Assembly (NCBI GenBank): GCA_013239625.1
Contig: MU056050.1
Location: 7,296,773 to 7,360,772 of the forward strand
DNA from: Lama guanicoe
Lineage: Eukaryota
Direction: 5' to 3'
DNA: 64,000 nucleotides
This document shows, in pieces, positions 52,201 to 64,000 of this stretch; position 1 is the stretch's first letter; the number at the start of each line of letters is the position of its first letter. The notes beneath the pieces are model-generated. The model had not been told where the DNA came from. It made no database searches and saw only the letters and a program-made list of their open reading frames with translations. The position numbers were made by a program, and so were the translations under genes.

Positions 52201-53198
52201 GAAATAGAAGACTTGTTTTGAGGAGTAGCAGAAAAGAAATCTGAAAAGAAGGAACCATGGGATCTCAGAGTTTGAAGGGATCCTAGAGATGATCAAATCC
52301 AAGCTCTGCTCACCTTATTCTCACACAAACACATTTTTCCCTAGTGTGCCACCAATGTTTAATATGCACTTTAGTAATGGGTCCAGATTCCTAATATCTA
52401 CAGATATAGTAATTCTGGGATAGTAGTTAGAGAAAGGCTTTGGAGTTGGAGGCCTGTTTAAACCACTTGCTAAATGTTCACTCTTGGGCAAGTTCATTTA
52501 TCCTTTATTTCTTCACCTATACATGTGGATAATAGTAGACTCAAGGTGGAGGTAGGAAGAAAAGGAGAAAGAATGCTTGAAGGAGACAGAAGAGGAAGAG
52601 GACTCTGTAAACTGTATTGCCAAGGAAAGCAGAAGTAGAAAGAATTCAAGCAAGAGGAGGCTGTTAACAGCATCAAATGAAGCAAACAGATCAAGGTAGC
52701 TGAGACCCGTCAAAAGGCTACTGACTGTGACAATTTGGAGGTCACTGGTGACCGTTAAGAGATCAATTCAAGTATAAGAGGAGAGAGGCAGCTTGTAGAA
52801 AAAGGTGAGGTGGGAGGGGTGGGAAAGGAAGAAGAATAGAATGTGTAGTGAGGAACTAGAGCTGCAGGCACAGACCCTGCCTTCATCTGTAGTGACAGGA
52901 GAGGGAAAGAGATGGTTTTGATTGAAAGGGGTCACAGGATTGAGTGATGTAATGGATGGATGTGTATCTCAGCTTAGAACTGAAATGGCTGGTAGCTCCT
53001 GTAAGGACCTCCAACTGTAGCTTTCCTCCTTGCCAAGATGCAGGGAATGGTGATAAAGGAAGAAGGAAGTTCCTACTCAAAAAATATCTTCTCTCTTCCT
53101 TTCGTCTAGCACTGTATAGGAAGAAAATATCATTATAAAGCAACCTGCCCATTTATAATACCATAAGATTGCCAGCTGAACAATTATGAGACTCCCTG

Positions 53199-53617
53199 TA
53201 TAGTAAAAACCTTATTAATTTGGACTACAGTAATTTGGAATTTGTGGTAATTTAGCCTGGGCTGGAGTTACTTTCATACTACTTTTAAAGAAAGGGTTCA
53301 CTAAGCAAATAGTATGAAAAAGATTACAAGGGAGCTAATTTAGCCTGCTAGGGGCCTAGCTCACCAATTTTTAAGAACATACTGTTTTTTAAGAACTTAG
53401 GCATATTCATTATTTGAATGCAAATTGATTCTAATAATTATAGGTTAACATAACCTACTGCTAGAATCCTATATCTGCAACAGTTACTTTGCTCTTGCTG
53501 AATATACTCATTAGAAATAAAACTGCAATTCTTTAAAGGTGGTTCACAATTCAGATTAATGCATACTCCTTTTTCCCACCCTCATGAGTTAACTGAAGTT
53601 CAGGAGGTATTACTATA
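53199..53617. mobile_element. Possible ancient Tigger-type DNA transposon
   Basis: Imperfect terminal inverted repeats tatagtaaaaacctt ... ggaggtattactata. Confidence 0.4.
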
Positions 53618-55194
53618 GACCAGCACTTCACTTACTACGAACACAGCAGAAAAACTAATAAGTAATCAAAAAAGGCATCAGAGCAGCCAAAATAGATGTC
53701 TTAAAGTTGATGCCCTAAATCCTGCATCTCTCTCCATAGCAGGTTCTCTTACAGCTCGATTTAAGTCTCACTTAACATACTAATTTGACACATCAACTTG
53801 GAGAGCTGGCTATTTTTGTTTGTTTGTTTGAAGTTCATAACTGATTAGAAGGAGAAAAAGGGCTGTTACATGAAGGGACAACTGAGAGAAACTAGAAATG
53901 ACTACATACTGCAGAAAGGAAACAGGACATGTACAAAATGTGGCTCTAATAACTAAATAGCCACCACAGTCTAGGACAGTTTAGAGTTAAAAGGCCTATA
54001 TTCCTTAGTAAACCCAGAAAAGTATAATAGAGTACTATAGCACAGTACAATGACTAATGACTGGAATTATGCCTTTAAATGATCAAGCAAAGTTTAGATT
54101 TGTTGAATATATGCCTCAAAAAGACAAATAAGTTTATACACATGCACATGCACACACACAAGCATGATTTGTATCCATAAAACCATTATGTTTTTTAGGT
54201 TAACCAAACCTAAAAATGCAAAATGCATTGATGCTTAAAACGATGGAGTTCATAATATTATATAATGACAACGATAGCAAAATAATAGCAACATTTATTA
54301 AGTGATTTATTAAATGATGAAGTATGTGTAGGTTATCATGCTAAGCACTTTACCTATATAATTTCATTTAACTCTACTAACAATCTTAAGAGGTTTTAGT
54401 ATCATTTCTAACTTTACAGTTGAAGAAAGTGAAAGTGAGAGAGGTTAAGGAACCTGCCAACCCAGGCCACAGACAGAGAGCTGGGATTACAACTCAGGCA
54501 AGTTACTTGGCTGTATACTATGCCTTTCCAATGCCCCAGAAAATACAGCTCTCTAAAAATCACAGTTTTCTTCAGGGCTCCAGATAGCTAATGCTTTACT
54601 GTAATTTTCTTCTCCAAACTTGTATTTAACATATATCTTCATTTATAAGCAGAAAGACCTATGATCTGAGTCAGGTTATAATACTGCATGTTTGCAAACA
54701 TGTTCCGTGTTATAAGCTGAATGGGAAATGGTAAAAAACAGAAGAAAACAAGACCAAAAACACCATGAACATATCTATTAGTCTCATCCTAAAATCTCAG
54801 ATCAGTCTCAATACACTATGGACACTATTCTCAAATAAATAGCCAAGTAACAAAGAGATGAAATTTTAAAATATTAAATGACCAGTTAAGATCTGCTTCT
54901 CTCATTGTTTCCCTACTTATTTAGAGAAATTTAATATAGGCCAATGGAGCAAGAATGATGGGGGGAATTGCAGGGGATGCCAAAAATTCAGTTGACTGTT
55001 ATACAGGATTTAGGAAAATCTGTTACTCAGCTATTCTAGGAGAGCTATGAGGGCATAGAACACATGCAAACATAGTGTGCACTAAGAGAAACGGTGATGG
55101 GGTGGGGAGAGGCAAATATATGCAGTTATCCACATTAGAAGTAAAAGTAAGTGTACCCACCACTTGTACATACAAAGAAAAATGTATAGTGACA

Positions 55195-55560
55195 TAATTC
55201 ATTCATGTAATTCCTTCTGCCTAAATCAATGTTCTTTACTCATCTCTTCTTGTCTTAAGCCTACCGATTCAAGGGCCAGCTACAAACACCACTTCTGCTA
55301 TAAAGTGTTCCACAATGCCCAAGGCTGAATTAAACTCTTCCCTTGTTTGTGCTCCCATTGTTTTTGTTTTTCCTTTTACACACTTACTACAGCACTGATG
55401 ATACTCTATCTTATTAGAGTTATTCAAGTGTTTGCTCTTTCCACCCTCTATCCCACCATGAGTTCACTGACAGTAGTGGACTCTTTCTCATTTCTGTAGT
55501 TCCTACAAATCCTAGCACAGTACCCACTACATAGTAGAGTCTCAGACAATGTTGACTCAA
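55195..55560 (+). mobile_element. L2 LINE 3' fragment
   Basis: 'ccttctgcctaaatc...tcctagcacagtacccactacatagtagagtctcagacaatgttg'. Confidence 0.65.
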
Positions 55561-55599
55561 TGGCACTGGCCTAAGAGAATGGGTTATCGCCTAGCTTAC

Positions 55600-55743
55600 C
55601 TGAAGGAGCATTTGTTCTCTTTCTTTTCTTGCTTGACTCCCCTCCATTCTCAATGAGGCCTTCTGTGACCAGAGGGCCACTGGCACTACCAAACTGCAGG
55701 GGCTCGTTGTTGTTGGCAGGGTCAAAGGGCAGCTGGTTCAACC
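55600..55743 (-). CDS. Internal 144-nt coding exon (phase 1-1) of an unidentified gene; peptide xLNQLPFDPANNNEPLQFGSASGPLVTEGLIENGGESSKKRKRTNAPS with an NLS-like KKRKR
   Basis: Strong acceptor ctttctttttcttctttAG|GG and consensus donor CAG|GTAAGC. Length is a multiple of 3, only one frame is open, GC is higher than the flanks, and the sequence is non-repetitive. Confidence 0.8.
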
Positions 55744-56499
55744 CTAAAGAAGAAAAAGAAAGCCAAAATCCAGACTCCATTAAGGACTGGGATTTCTCCA
55801 GATTTCATTATGAGCCACTAGAGGAAAACTCTGTATCTTAAGAGCCTAGGAGTAACAGGTTAATTTCTTAAAGCCATTTGCCCTCTGCAGTTTTTACAGA
55901 TCTTTTTGACAAGTACAGAATTAAAATGTGGGCTCTTAATAAACTGTGGCTCTGTCATTTGTAAGATCCCTCCAGTTTCTGGGAAATTAACATTTTTGGC
56001 CATAAGCTGTCAATTATCTTCTACCTCCTCCCTTATAGAATTAGGACCCTCTTTAAATGTGACCATAGTTGGACCCACTCTTCCTTTGAAAAAGTTTGAC
56101 CACGTATTTCTTAGATTATCTCTTGACATTTTTTCCCATTCTTTCATCGCAAGGGTTGTTGAATTGATGCAGATGTAATCATTAGACTGTCCTGGTGTCA
56201 AAGTCACTTCCAAAGATAATATAGAGGTTTCCAAAAGAGAAAACCATAACTTCATAGCAAACTAGAGAAGGAAACAAAGATATTGAACGCACAAGGGGGT
56301 TATTTAGTAGTTGGAGTAATGGGGAATTATGACCTAAGTTTGAGTTGTGATCTCAGAGTATGGTCACTTTATTACTAGTCTCTACTAGTCGCTGCCACAC
56401 CATATAAAAATGGCAAAAGGCATTTTTCTATTCCCAAGTCTTACATGTTTCAGCCTGGGGTGAGCAGAGATACTTTCTTACTCCTCTGGCAGCAGTGCC

Positions 56500-56660
56500 T
56501 GGAATTTCAAGTGTTTCCATGAAAACTTCATGAAATGTGGAATCAAAAGCTTTGTTAAAGACCAAAGTTAGGTGATCTCTCCTAAGCTTTTTATCCACTA
56601 GTCCTCTAATCCTATCAAAAGAGTAATCAGGTTGGTCAGCTATGGCTCACTCTTCAATTC
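56500..56660 (-). mobile_element. L3/CR1 RT fragment
   Basis: Reverse 'ctgaccaacctgattactcttttgataggattagaggactagtggat...tttaacaaagcttttgattcc' follows the CR1 LTNLI..FD....LVD...F.KAFD pattern. Confidence 0.65.
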
Positions 56661-57259
56661 TCAATTTTTCTATGGCCCACAGCTGTACAATTCTTGAGGT
56701 AATATTGTAAAATGTCAGTAAAAGCTTGGAATCCAGTCAGCTACAGGTCAATCAAGTTTCAGTAAAAAGAATGCTAAGGTTCTAATAATATGGCTTTACA
56801 CTATTGTTTTTAATAAAAAGTATTCCTATGCTAATGTTTTCAGCCTACGTAAAAAGTATCATTTCTTCAGCAATCAGATTCCACTTGGAACACCTCCATT
56901 AAATGTTTTCTGGGACTTAAAACATTTTTCCTTTACATCATCTGAGTAACTAAGTGAAAGAATGAAAAGTTGCTTCTTTATCTCAAGTCAACCATTTACT
57001 GCATCATATCCATGTCCTATTAAATCCCTACCATGACTAGAATTAAAGAAACAAATAACAATTGCTACACTCAAGAAACATTCAGATCATGACCCATACT
57101 ATTTTCAAAGACTAGATTTTATATAATTTACAAATGAAGAATTTTATTGCACTTGAGCAGTCCCAGAATCAAATGTGATTAGTGTACTATTTCAAAAACT
57201 TTTCTTGGTATTTCTTTCTGCAGTATCATACTGACCAAAATAAGTTCCATGTAAGATAG

Positions 57260-57600
57260 AATAGTACAGTGGAAATAGTATGTGCTTGGGAGCCTGACAG
57301 ATTGGGGTTCAAAACCTGGCTCTGTCCTTTACTATCTGGGTAGCTTATGGCAATTCATGTAATCTCTCTTAGTCTTACTTTCATACTGTGTAAAAGGGAA
57401 ATGATAACATTGCACAGGGTTGTTGCTAAGATAAGAATATATATATAATTAAAACAAACTTTTCTCCTGTAGGTTTGAAGTTTGTAAGCAGCTCTTCCAA
57501 GAAGGATATTCTCCTCTGCACTCCCTCCCCCCTCCACAACTGTATTCCTGCTGCCTAGCAACGTGCCTGGCACATAGTGAGTGTTGAAGGAATGAATGAA
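57260..57600 (+). mobile_element. MIR followed by an L2 3' end
   Basis: 'gacagattggggttcaaaacctggctctg' and 'gtgcctggcacatagtgagtgttgaaggaatgaatgaa'. Confidence 0.8.
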
Positions 57601-60152
57601 TACTCCATAGGGTGGGGGTAGGTGACTCATTCTATTAACTCATGTAGTTAGAATAAAGACTGACAGCTGATAATCAAGAATTAATGACACAAACGTTCTG
57701 GTGCTGATTATATCAACATTACTTAAAATAATTAGATTTCAAATCCATTTCCATTATTTGAATACTATATTGCAGGGTGGTAAAATCTTGATCAAAAGGA
57801 ATGCTCAGGGATTAGGAAGTTCTGATTAATAATGGTTAATCAGAAAATTTTTTCTCTTACATTTGATAATGTAACAGAGTAATATATTAGTCCATTTTCC
57901 TGCCTTATTAAGTAGATGACTGAGGATCTTACAGAGCTTCAGTGCTATAATCTGTAAAAGGAAGCTAAGGCAGTACCTAACCCATGGGACTATTAAAAGG
58001 GTTAAGTAAGATCATGTATGTAGAACATTCTGCATGTCATCTGGCATATACCAGATGCTCAATATATATTAACTGGTAATTTCTATTTTTCATTTCTAGA
58101 ATTTTTGGTGCACAATGTGAGATTGGTCTAAATTTGCCCTTATCCAAGGATATACCCTACTTTCCTCATTGAATCTTTTAATTGCTGTTTGTACTGTTTT
58201 CTAAAAGTTGAAGGAGTCCAGGGGGAAAAAAATCTGATGAATTAAAGTTATTAAGTCATAGATATTTGATTATAATCGTCTTGCCATTTACTTAGTCCCA
58301 GATGGTAACTTTAGGGATTTAGGTAATTTGTTCCTTATACCGATGTACCACAGATTTTTGTCTGGAACTGAATATGCTTGATTTCAAGCAATTTCTGTGT
58401 ATCTATCTCGTATGTGATCCGATATATGAAAATTCTGATAATTCAGCATACCATCTCAGGCCTTGTTTCTTATAGAAAAAGACATCGTATCAAGGAGAGA
58501 GTGACATCCCATTCAGTAAGCTGATTCACTGGATACAAATCTGCATTTTATATTATCCAGGACCCAATGCAGTCTCCAAAGATTTGTAGTTTAAGAATAA
58601 GCTATATAGAGAGCAAAATCCTACAACACTAGAGCTTCCTAGCTACTTTAATTGTATTGTTTCATTCCTCCACTGTGACAGCACTAAATAAACCAATAAA
58701 TCGGTAAATCAGTAGGTACTTGTAGGATCTTTTCTGTGTCAATATATATATAATCCATGCCGAGAATGCTATTTTAAGTAAAATAGTAAAATAGCCTCAT
58801 TAAAACCATCTAAACTCTGAAAGGACAACCAGCACTTCAATTTCAAGAATGCTTATTGCAGAAGTCTCAATTATGACTTGAATGGAAAATATTAGCAATT
58901 ATGATATTTTAATTATCATCCAAACTACAGAATTTATCTTGAAATCTCTTATGGAAGCTATTTCTACCATTTTTCTACTAGTCATGATGGAACTATTAAA
59001 TTAGGAAGATATTAGGAAAATACTAGATTAGCAAGAAACTTTTGAGGCTATCAGTTCATTAGTCCATGCAAAGCAAGAATCTTATCTATAGAATTCCTGA
59101 AAGGCCTAAATCGGGGGTAGTTTTTAGCCTTGGGACCATTCCTTGCTATGCTTTTAGGGATTCAGCTTGCTTCCTCTACCTTTTTAAAAACTACCACCTA
59201 CCCTCTTTTGAGGGTTCCTTTCATCTCACCAAAACTGCCGGTGAAGTAGGATGCATTTTGTTCAGTTGTTAACTTGCTTATTGTCCCTAAAATAAACACA
59301 TGGAATGTCTAACTTTTTAAAGGCTCTACTGATAATCACTGCAAGAAAAAACAATGAGGTGTCACCAATAATTAACAGAACAAAGAAATGTTCTAAAGTC
59401 TTATATAGTTTTCATTGTCCTTGCCCTTTTATTCCTGAGGATAAATTTAATCAAACTTTGAATCTTATTCATTTCCCCTCACATCTTGTCTCCTCATCAC
59501 CTACCCCCACAAAATATACAGTTTGTCTAAAGGGGAGTACGAATTGATATAGGAAAATAGAAAATAAACATTAGTGTTACAGATTTCTGCTATTTCTGTA
59601 TCTTACGTTCACAATTAAACAAGTCCGTGTGGTAATGCAATCTTGTTTAAAACCAGGCTGACTGGTTTAGATAGCTGACCAGCTGTTATTTCATGTCATG
59701 TCAAAATACAGATTATCTGACTTCATAACACACATGAGGCCACTTTAGAAAGCATGCATATTGGGGAAGGGTGGGGGTGGGGTCCTTGGAGAATGACATT
59801 TATTATCCAGTGGAACCAAGGGATTAAACTTCTCAGAATGAAGTGTGGTTCCCAGTGAATCCTCCAAACTGCAGGTCAAGGATTTCACATGCAATGATGT
59901 CTGCCATACAGATGCAAATGATTCCTGGGCTTTGAGGGAAGCACTGAAGAATTTTCATGATTCTTATGAAAGAAGATCAATGATCTCTTTGTGCCCAGCT
60001 GCTGTAATAGTTACTGTCACAATTCACGTTACAGAGCTTTCTACTATCAGGTCAAATTAGGAGTAACCTTCATGATGCAATCTAACACTTTTAATGATGG
60101 CCCCAGGTTACAGCACCAAAATGTGACCCTGTGGGTCCCTGCAGCTTCTTAC

Positions 60153-60193
60153 TTGCAGCTGCGGCCCACAGACTTAATTTAAGGCGGTACAAC
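60153..60193 (-). other. Candidate 41-nt exon upstream of the 144-nt exon
   Basis: Acceptor gtttcttttttgctaAG|G and donor CAA|GTAAGA. The only open frame (xLYRLKLSLWAAAA) ends in phase 1, compatible with 55743. Confidence 0.3.
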
Positions 60194-61147
60194 CTTAGCA
60201 AAAAAGAAACACAATCTACTCTGGATTAGTTCCATTAGTTTAAAAGAAAATGTTAGGTCTTGAGAAATCTGCTAAATTTAATTTAAGGCAGCAATCTCCA
60301 GACATTTATGTTAAAAAAAATCAGAATATTAGTTTTTGGCAAAAGTAACATTATAGCTAATTTGTGTATAAAACAAATTTCTGTAACCTGAGTCCTATTT
60401 TCCAATTGACTTCAGTTTAAAATTAGATATGGGACTCCATGGTAAATGGAGGGAGTGGGTCTCCAAATTAGTTTTTAACTCAAAACTCTTGAAGTAAGGG
60501 GTTAGGATAATAGCCAGGCCCTTGATGTGCTGGCAGGTGCTTTTGTAGGATTTATCCATCCCTGGGAGCCCCTCCTCCTTCCTCAGTCTAGGCCTCAAAA
60601 CCTCTGACTCCACATTTTCAGCTCTCACTACCCTGTAATTCCACCTTCTACTTCTGAGGGAATATTTACAATGTCTAAAAAGAGTTGGAATGCAATATCA
60701 CTCTCCAGCCACAGGGGTTAGCAGCCAAAACAAATGAACATTTCTCAGTTCCAGGTCTTGGCTGATGTCAAACAAATGAGACCGACTTTGTCCATTTTGA
60801 GAGTTCAATATTCTGTATAACTGGTTTAGCTGAAGCAAGGGTAACTGTAAAAGATTAATGGGTGAGTTAAGGGAACAAGGAAATGATGAGAAAGAAAAAG
60901 GCCAAAGTCTTATTCTACTAAGGGGCTTGCTTGAATGGTAGTGAGCAGAAGAATTTTCAGAGCAAAAATTATGCTTAAATCGCCTTTTTCAAGGTGTAAT
61001 ACTGGTCACAGGCAGATTTTCATTGGCGGTGATCCTACAGCAACTTTTAATGACCCCCCACACTACCTGGTCAGACATTCAAGTCCTTTCTAATAAGGCC
61101 CCACTATTCCAAGCCTTGTCTCCTACTATGCCCCAGCTTGTACTCTA

Positions 61148-61310
61148 CCCCAACACTTCTTGAACTTTAATGTGCACACATGTTCCCTGGGGATCTTGTT
61201 AGAATGCAGATTTTGATTCAGTAAGTCTGGGTTGTGATATGCTTTTCTAAACAAGTTCCCAGATGACACTGTTCCTGCTGGTGTGGGGAATCATACTTTG
61301 AGTAGAAAAG
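61148..61310. mobile_element. MER5A-like hAT-Charlie element
   Basis: 'cttcttgaactttaatgtgcac...cctggggatcttgttagaatgcagattttgattcagtaagtctggg...tctaaacaagttccc...atactttgagtag'. Confidence 0.85.
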
Positions 61311-62389
61311 GCCGACATTTTAGCAAAATAGGACTACCTAGCATTCACTGACTCATTCTAGTACTTTCCTACTTCCACAGCTTTGATTCATGCTGTTTCT
61401 GCACCTTTCTGTATTTCATGACTTCAAAATACTATACTTTAGGGTTTATCTCAGATGCTAGTTCCTTCATGATGCCTTCCCTTATCCACCTCCACCCAAC
61501 CTAATACATACACGTATTGGCAACGGAACAGGGCCACCAAGGGAACTACCATTCATTGACTGTTAAGAATGTGTCCTGCCTTAACATTCATTATCCCACC
61601 ATTTTATTTTCTAGTTATTATTCCCATTTACAACAAAGAAAGGTAAACTTACAGAGTTTAAGTAACTTTTCCAAGGTCACACACCTAACAAGCAATATTA
61701 CTAATAAGCACCACTCTGGCCCTCCTCAGATCTTAATCTCTATCTTCTCTGTGCCTTTTAGAGCATGCCTTGTGTTACAATTCTTTGAGTATTTGTCTTA
61801 TCCTCCCTTCCCTCCTGCCTTACCCCATCATCACTAAGTTGTAAGCTCCTTGAGGACAGACTTTACATCCTAATCATTTAAAAAATCTCTCTTCCTCCAA
61901 GCTGCCTGGCACGGTGCCTTGTAAAATATTAGAAGCACTCTAGAAATGTGTATAGAACTGAACTCAGCTGCAACTTTGGGTACAATAGCTGTGTTTCCCA
62001 ACCCAGATGCCAACCAACCTGCTGCTGGGGCTGTCATGAAGGGAGAAAGAAATACAGTTTTAGAGTTCCTTTAGCATTCCTGGTATCCCCTCTATCCTAG
62101 GATCCCTGAAGACTCTTTGGGGAGTGGTGGTAGACTATCACACACTGTACGCCTGACCATGAGTCTGCATTACTTCATTCTCCTTTTCCAAGAGGCAAAA
62201 CAGTTCTTATACATACTAAGACCTTTCTATGAGAAAACATCATAAAAGAAACCCCATGTATGGATCTTCTCTTAATATTTCCATGAACACCAGGTTACAG
62301 ATTCCTGCTTTATAAACTATAGTCAAGAAAAGGCAAACCCTAGAGACGTATCATCAAACACAGCTGTTACAGAGATGTAGCCTCTGTAT

Positions 62390-62555
62390 CTAAGTTTAAA
62401 TGAATTAAAATTAAATAAAATGAAAACTTCAGTTCCTTAGTTGCACTGGTCCCATTTCAAGGGCTCATTAACTACATATGGCTAGTGGCTACTGCCTCAG
62501 ACAGCATAGTATAGAGTATTTCCAACATCACAGAAAATCTGACTGGACAGTGCTG
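62390..62555. mobile_element. MER3/MER33-like hAT-Charlie fragment
   Basis: 'aattaaaattaaataaaatgaaaacttcagttccttagttgcactgg...atatggctagtggctact...ggacagtgctg'. Confidence 0.8.
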
Positions 62556-64000
62556 TTCTAGAGTCAGACCTGGATTCAAACCCCCATCTGCCACTTATTA
62601 GGTATGCCACTTACAAGGGGTATAAAACAAGTCACTTCATTTATTTGACACTGTTTCTGTGCTGTAGAATGGGGATGATAATGATCGCCCTCATAGGGAA
62701 GTAAGGAAAAGTAAATGAGAGAATGTATGTCTAGGGTCTACTACATATCAGACCCTAAATAAGTGTTAGCTCCTCTCTCCTAACCCACTCGGGGATTTAT
62801 ATGAATTTGTCTCAAAAATGGAATAAGAAAATTTGAATAGTATGGCTCCTTAGGCCCCCACACTATATCCTGTTTATGTCTTAGAAGATGTTAGCTTTGC
62901 ATTCATTTGATAACCCTCTTTTTCAGATAATACACAGCCATCAAGGTAAAACATTAATAAATAAGCTGGGAGTAGTAAATGATTGCTCTTTGCTTGTACT
63001 ATTTTTAGGAGAGACCATATTTGTCACCACCTTGAACTTTCCAACATGAAAGAACCACGTTTTCCCCTTACAACTGAAATGCCTCCTCCCAAAGCTTTAA
63101 TCAGTGCTCACTTTCAGCTGGTTGCTGTGTTATTAGAACACTAATGGTGACACTAGAGCTGGAATGGAGAAGGACCATTTCTCTCTAAATCCATATTTTC
63201 CTATGTTCAGAATGTTTTCTGTGTTTTTCCTATGAGGCTGACATCTCCCAGGCCTGGTAAAAGCGAATTATTTGAGAAAAGTCTCAACTAAATCTGTTAA
63301 GGTGTTTGAGTTCCGTGAGTAGGAAAGCAAAATACATATTTCTAACTTCAAGAAGAAGGATGCTTCAGGACTGTTTTCCCCTGTTCAATTTAAGGCTTGA
63401 GAAACACAGCAAAATCACATTCCTCAATGAAAACAAAGTTTAAAAAAATGTTGATTTGATAGAACAGTTCAAAGTGACAGATGGTAGACGGGCGATCTAT
63501 CATTTTCCTTAGGATAAAGTCTGGCAGTCTTCAGAGAAACTGAGAAGAGAAAGTCTTATTTTCCTTCTAGTTTAGCCCTGGGAACAGTTCTCACAACTAC
63601 CCTTCTCTCCACATCTTTGGGGGTGGGGGATTAGAAAGACGGCGATTCATCAGTGCCTGCTTTGAGCTGGCTCTAGGCCATGCTGCAATTCCTGTTGACC
63701 AATTTTCTACTTGAGTGACAGGAAAAGAGCAGGTTGCTAACATACTGACCATTAGGTTATCTGTTTAGTACGTGCCTGAGAACGTGCCCAGAGGTACTGT
63801 ATTACGGATGTCTCTGTCTAAATAAAATAAATAATTGCAGATTTCAGAGCCTGAGGGCAGAGAGTTGTTCTGCTATCGAAATTGGAGTCTATCTTGTCAG
63901 GTGTGTAATGAGGTCTTTCCTTCAGGCTGATCGATTTCATAAGGCTGAGGTAATTATCAAAAGCAAGCACAGATCTCCCTGCAGAAACCACTCCACTGAT

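Noticed and set aside
54687..54702. 16-bp perfect palindrome catgtttgcaaacatg (similarly cttccact-tt-agtggaag at 51083-51100)
   Set aside because: About one such palindrome is expected by chance in 64 kb, and there is no supporting context.
56010..56262. 81-aa minus-strand ORF behind an acceptor-like sequence near the real exon
   Set aside because: No convincing donor or protein-like features. It adjoins a CR1 remnant and is probably decayed LINE.
58270..58555. Unique-looking segment with several CpGs and a small hairpin
   Set aside because: No open frame bounded by splice sites. It may be an ancient DNA-transposon or conserved non-coding remnant, but this cannot be supported from sequence alone.

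Overview
Mammalian nuclear DNA, very probably camelid (camel/alpaca/llama). The evidence is a Vic-1-type tRNA-derived SINE at 8145-8272, with no Alu, BovB, Bov-tA or PRE1 recognised. The window is AT-rich, CpG-poor and largely intronic or intergenic. It is dense in old repeats (MIR, L2, L3/CR1, L1M, hAT/Tigger MERs) plus younger L1 3' ends and ERV LTRs. Only one protein-coding exon is well supported: 144 nt on the minus strand (55600-55743), encoding ...LNQLPFDPANNNEPLQFGSASGPLVTEGLIENGGESSKKRKRTNAPS, which includes an NLS-like motif; I cannot name the gene. Further minus-strand exon candidates lie at 60153-60193, 51370-51531 and 31305-31882. Most unusual items: (1) a 578-nt splice-bounded unit with a 33-bp (11-codon) tandem repeat and two overlapping reading frames; (2) a roughly 3.2-kb ancient, strand-asymmetric CT/GA tract broken by nested TEs; (3) an L1-retrocopied, polyadenylated ERV 3' end; (4) a splice donor displayed in a hairpin loop; (5) AG|GTAAG recursive-splice-like motifs; (6) perfect inverted repeats suggestive of template switching; (7) a 126-bp local duplication of a MIR. 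Repeat family names come from recalled consensus motifs, and boundaries of old repeats are approximate. No database searches were run.
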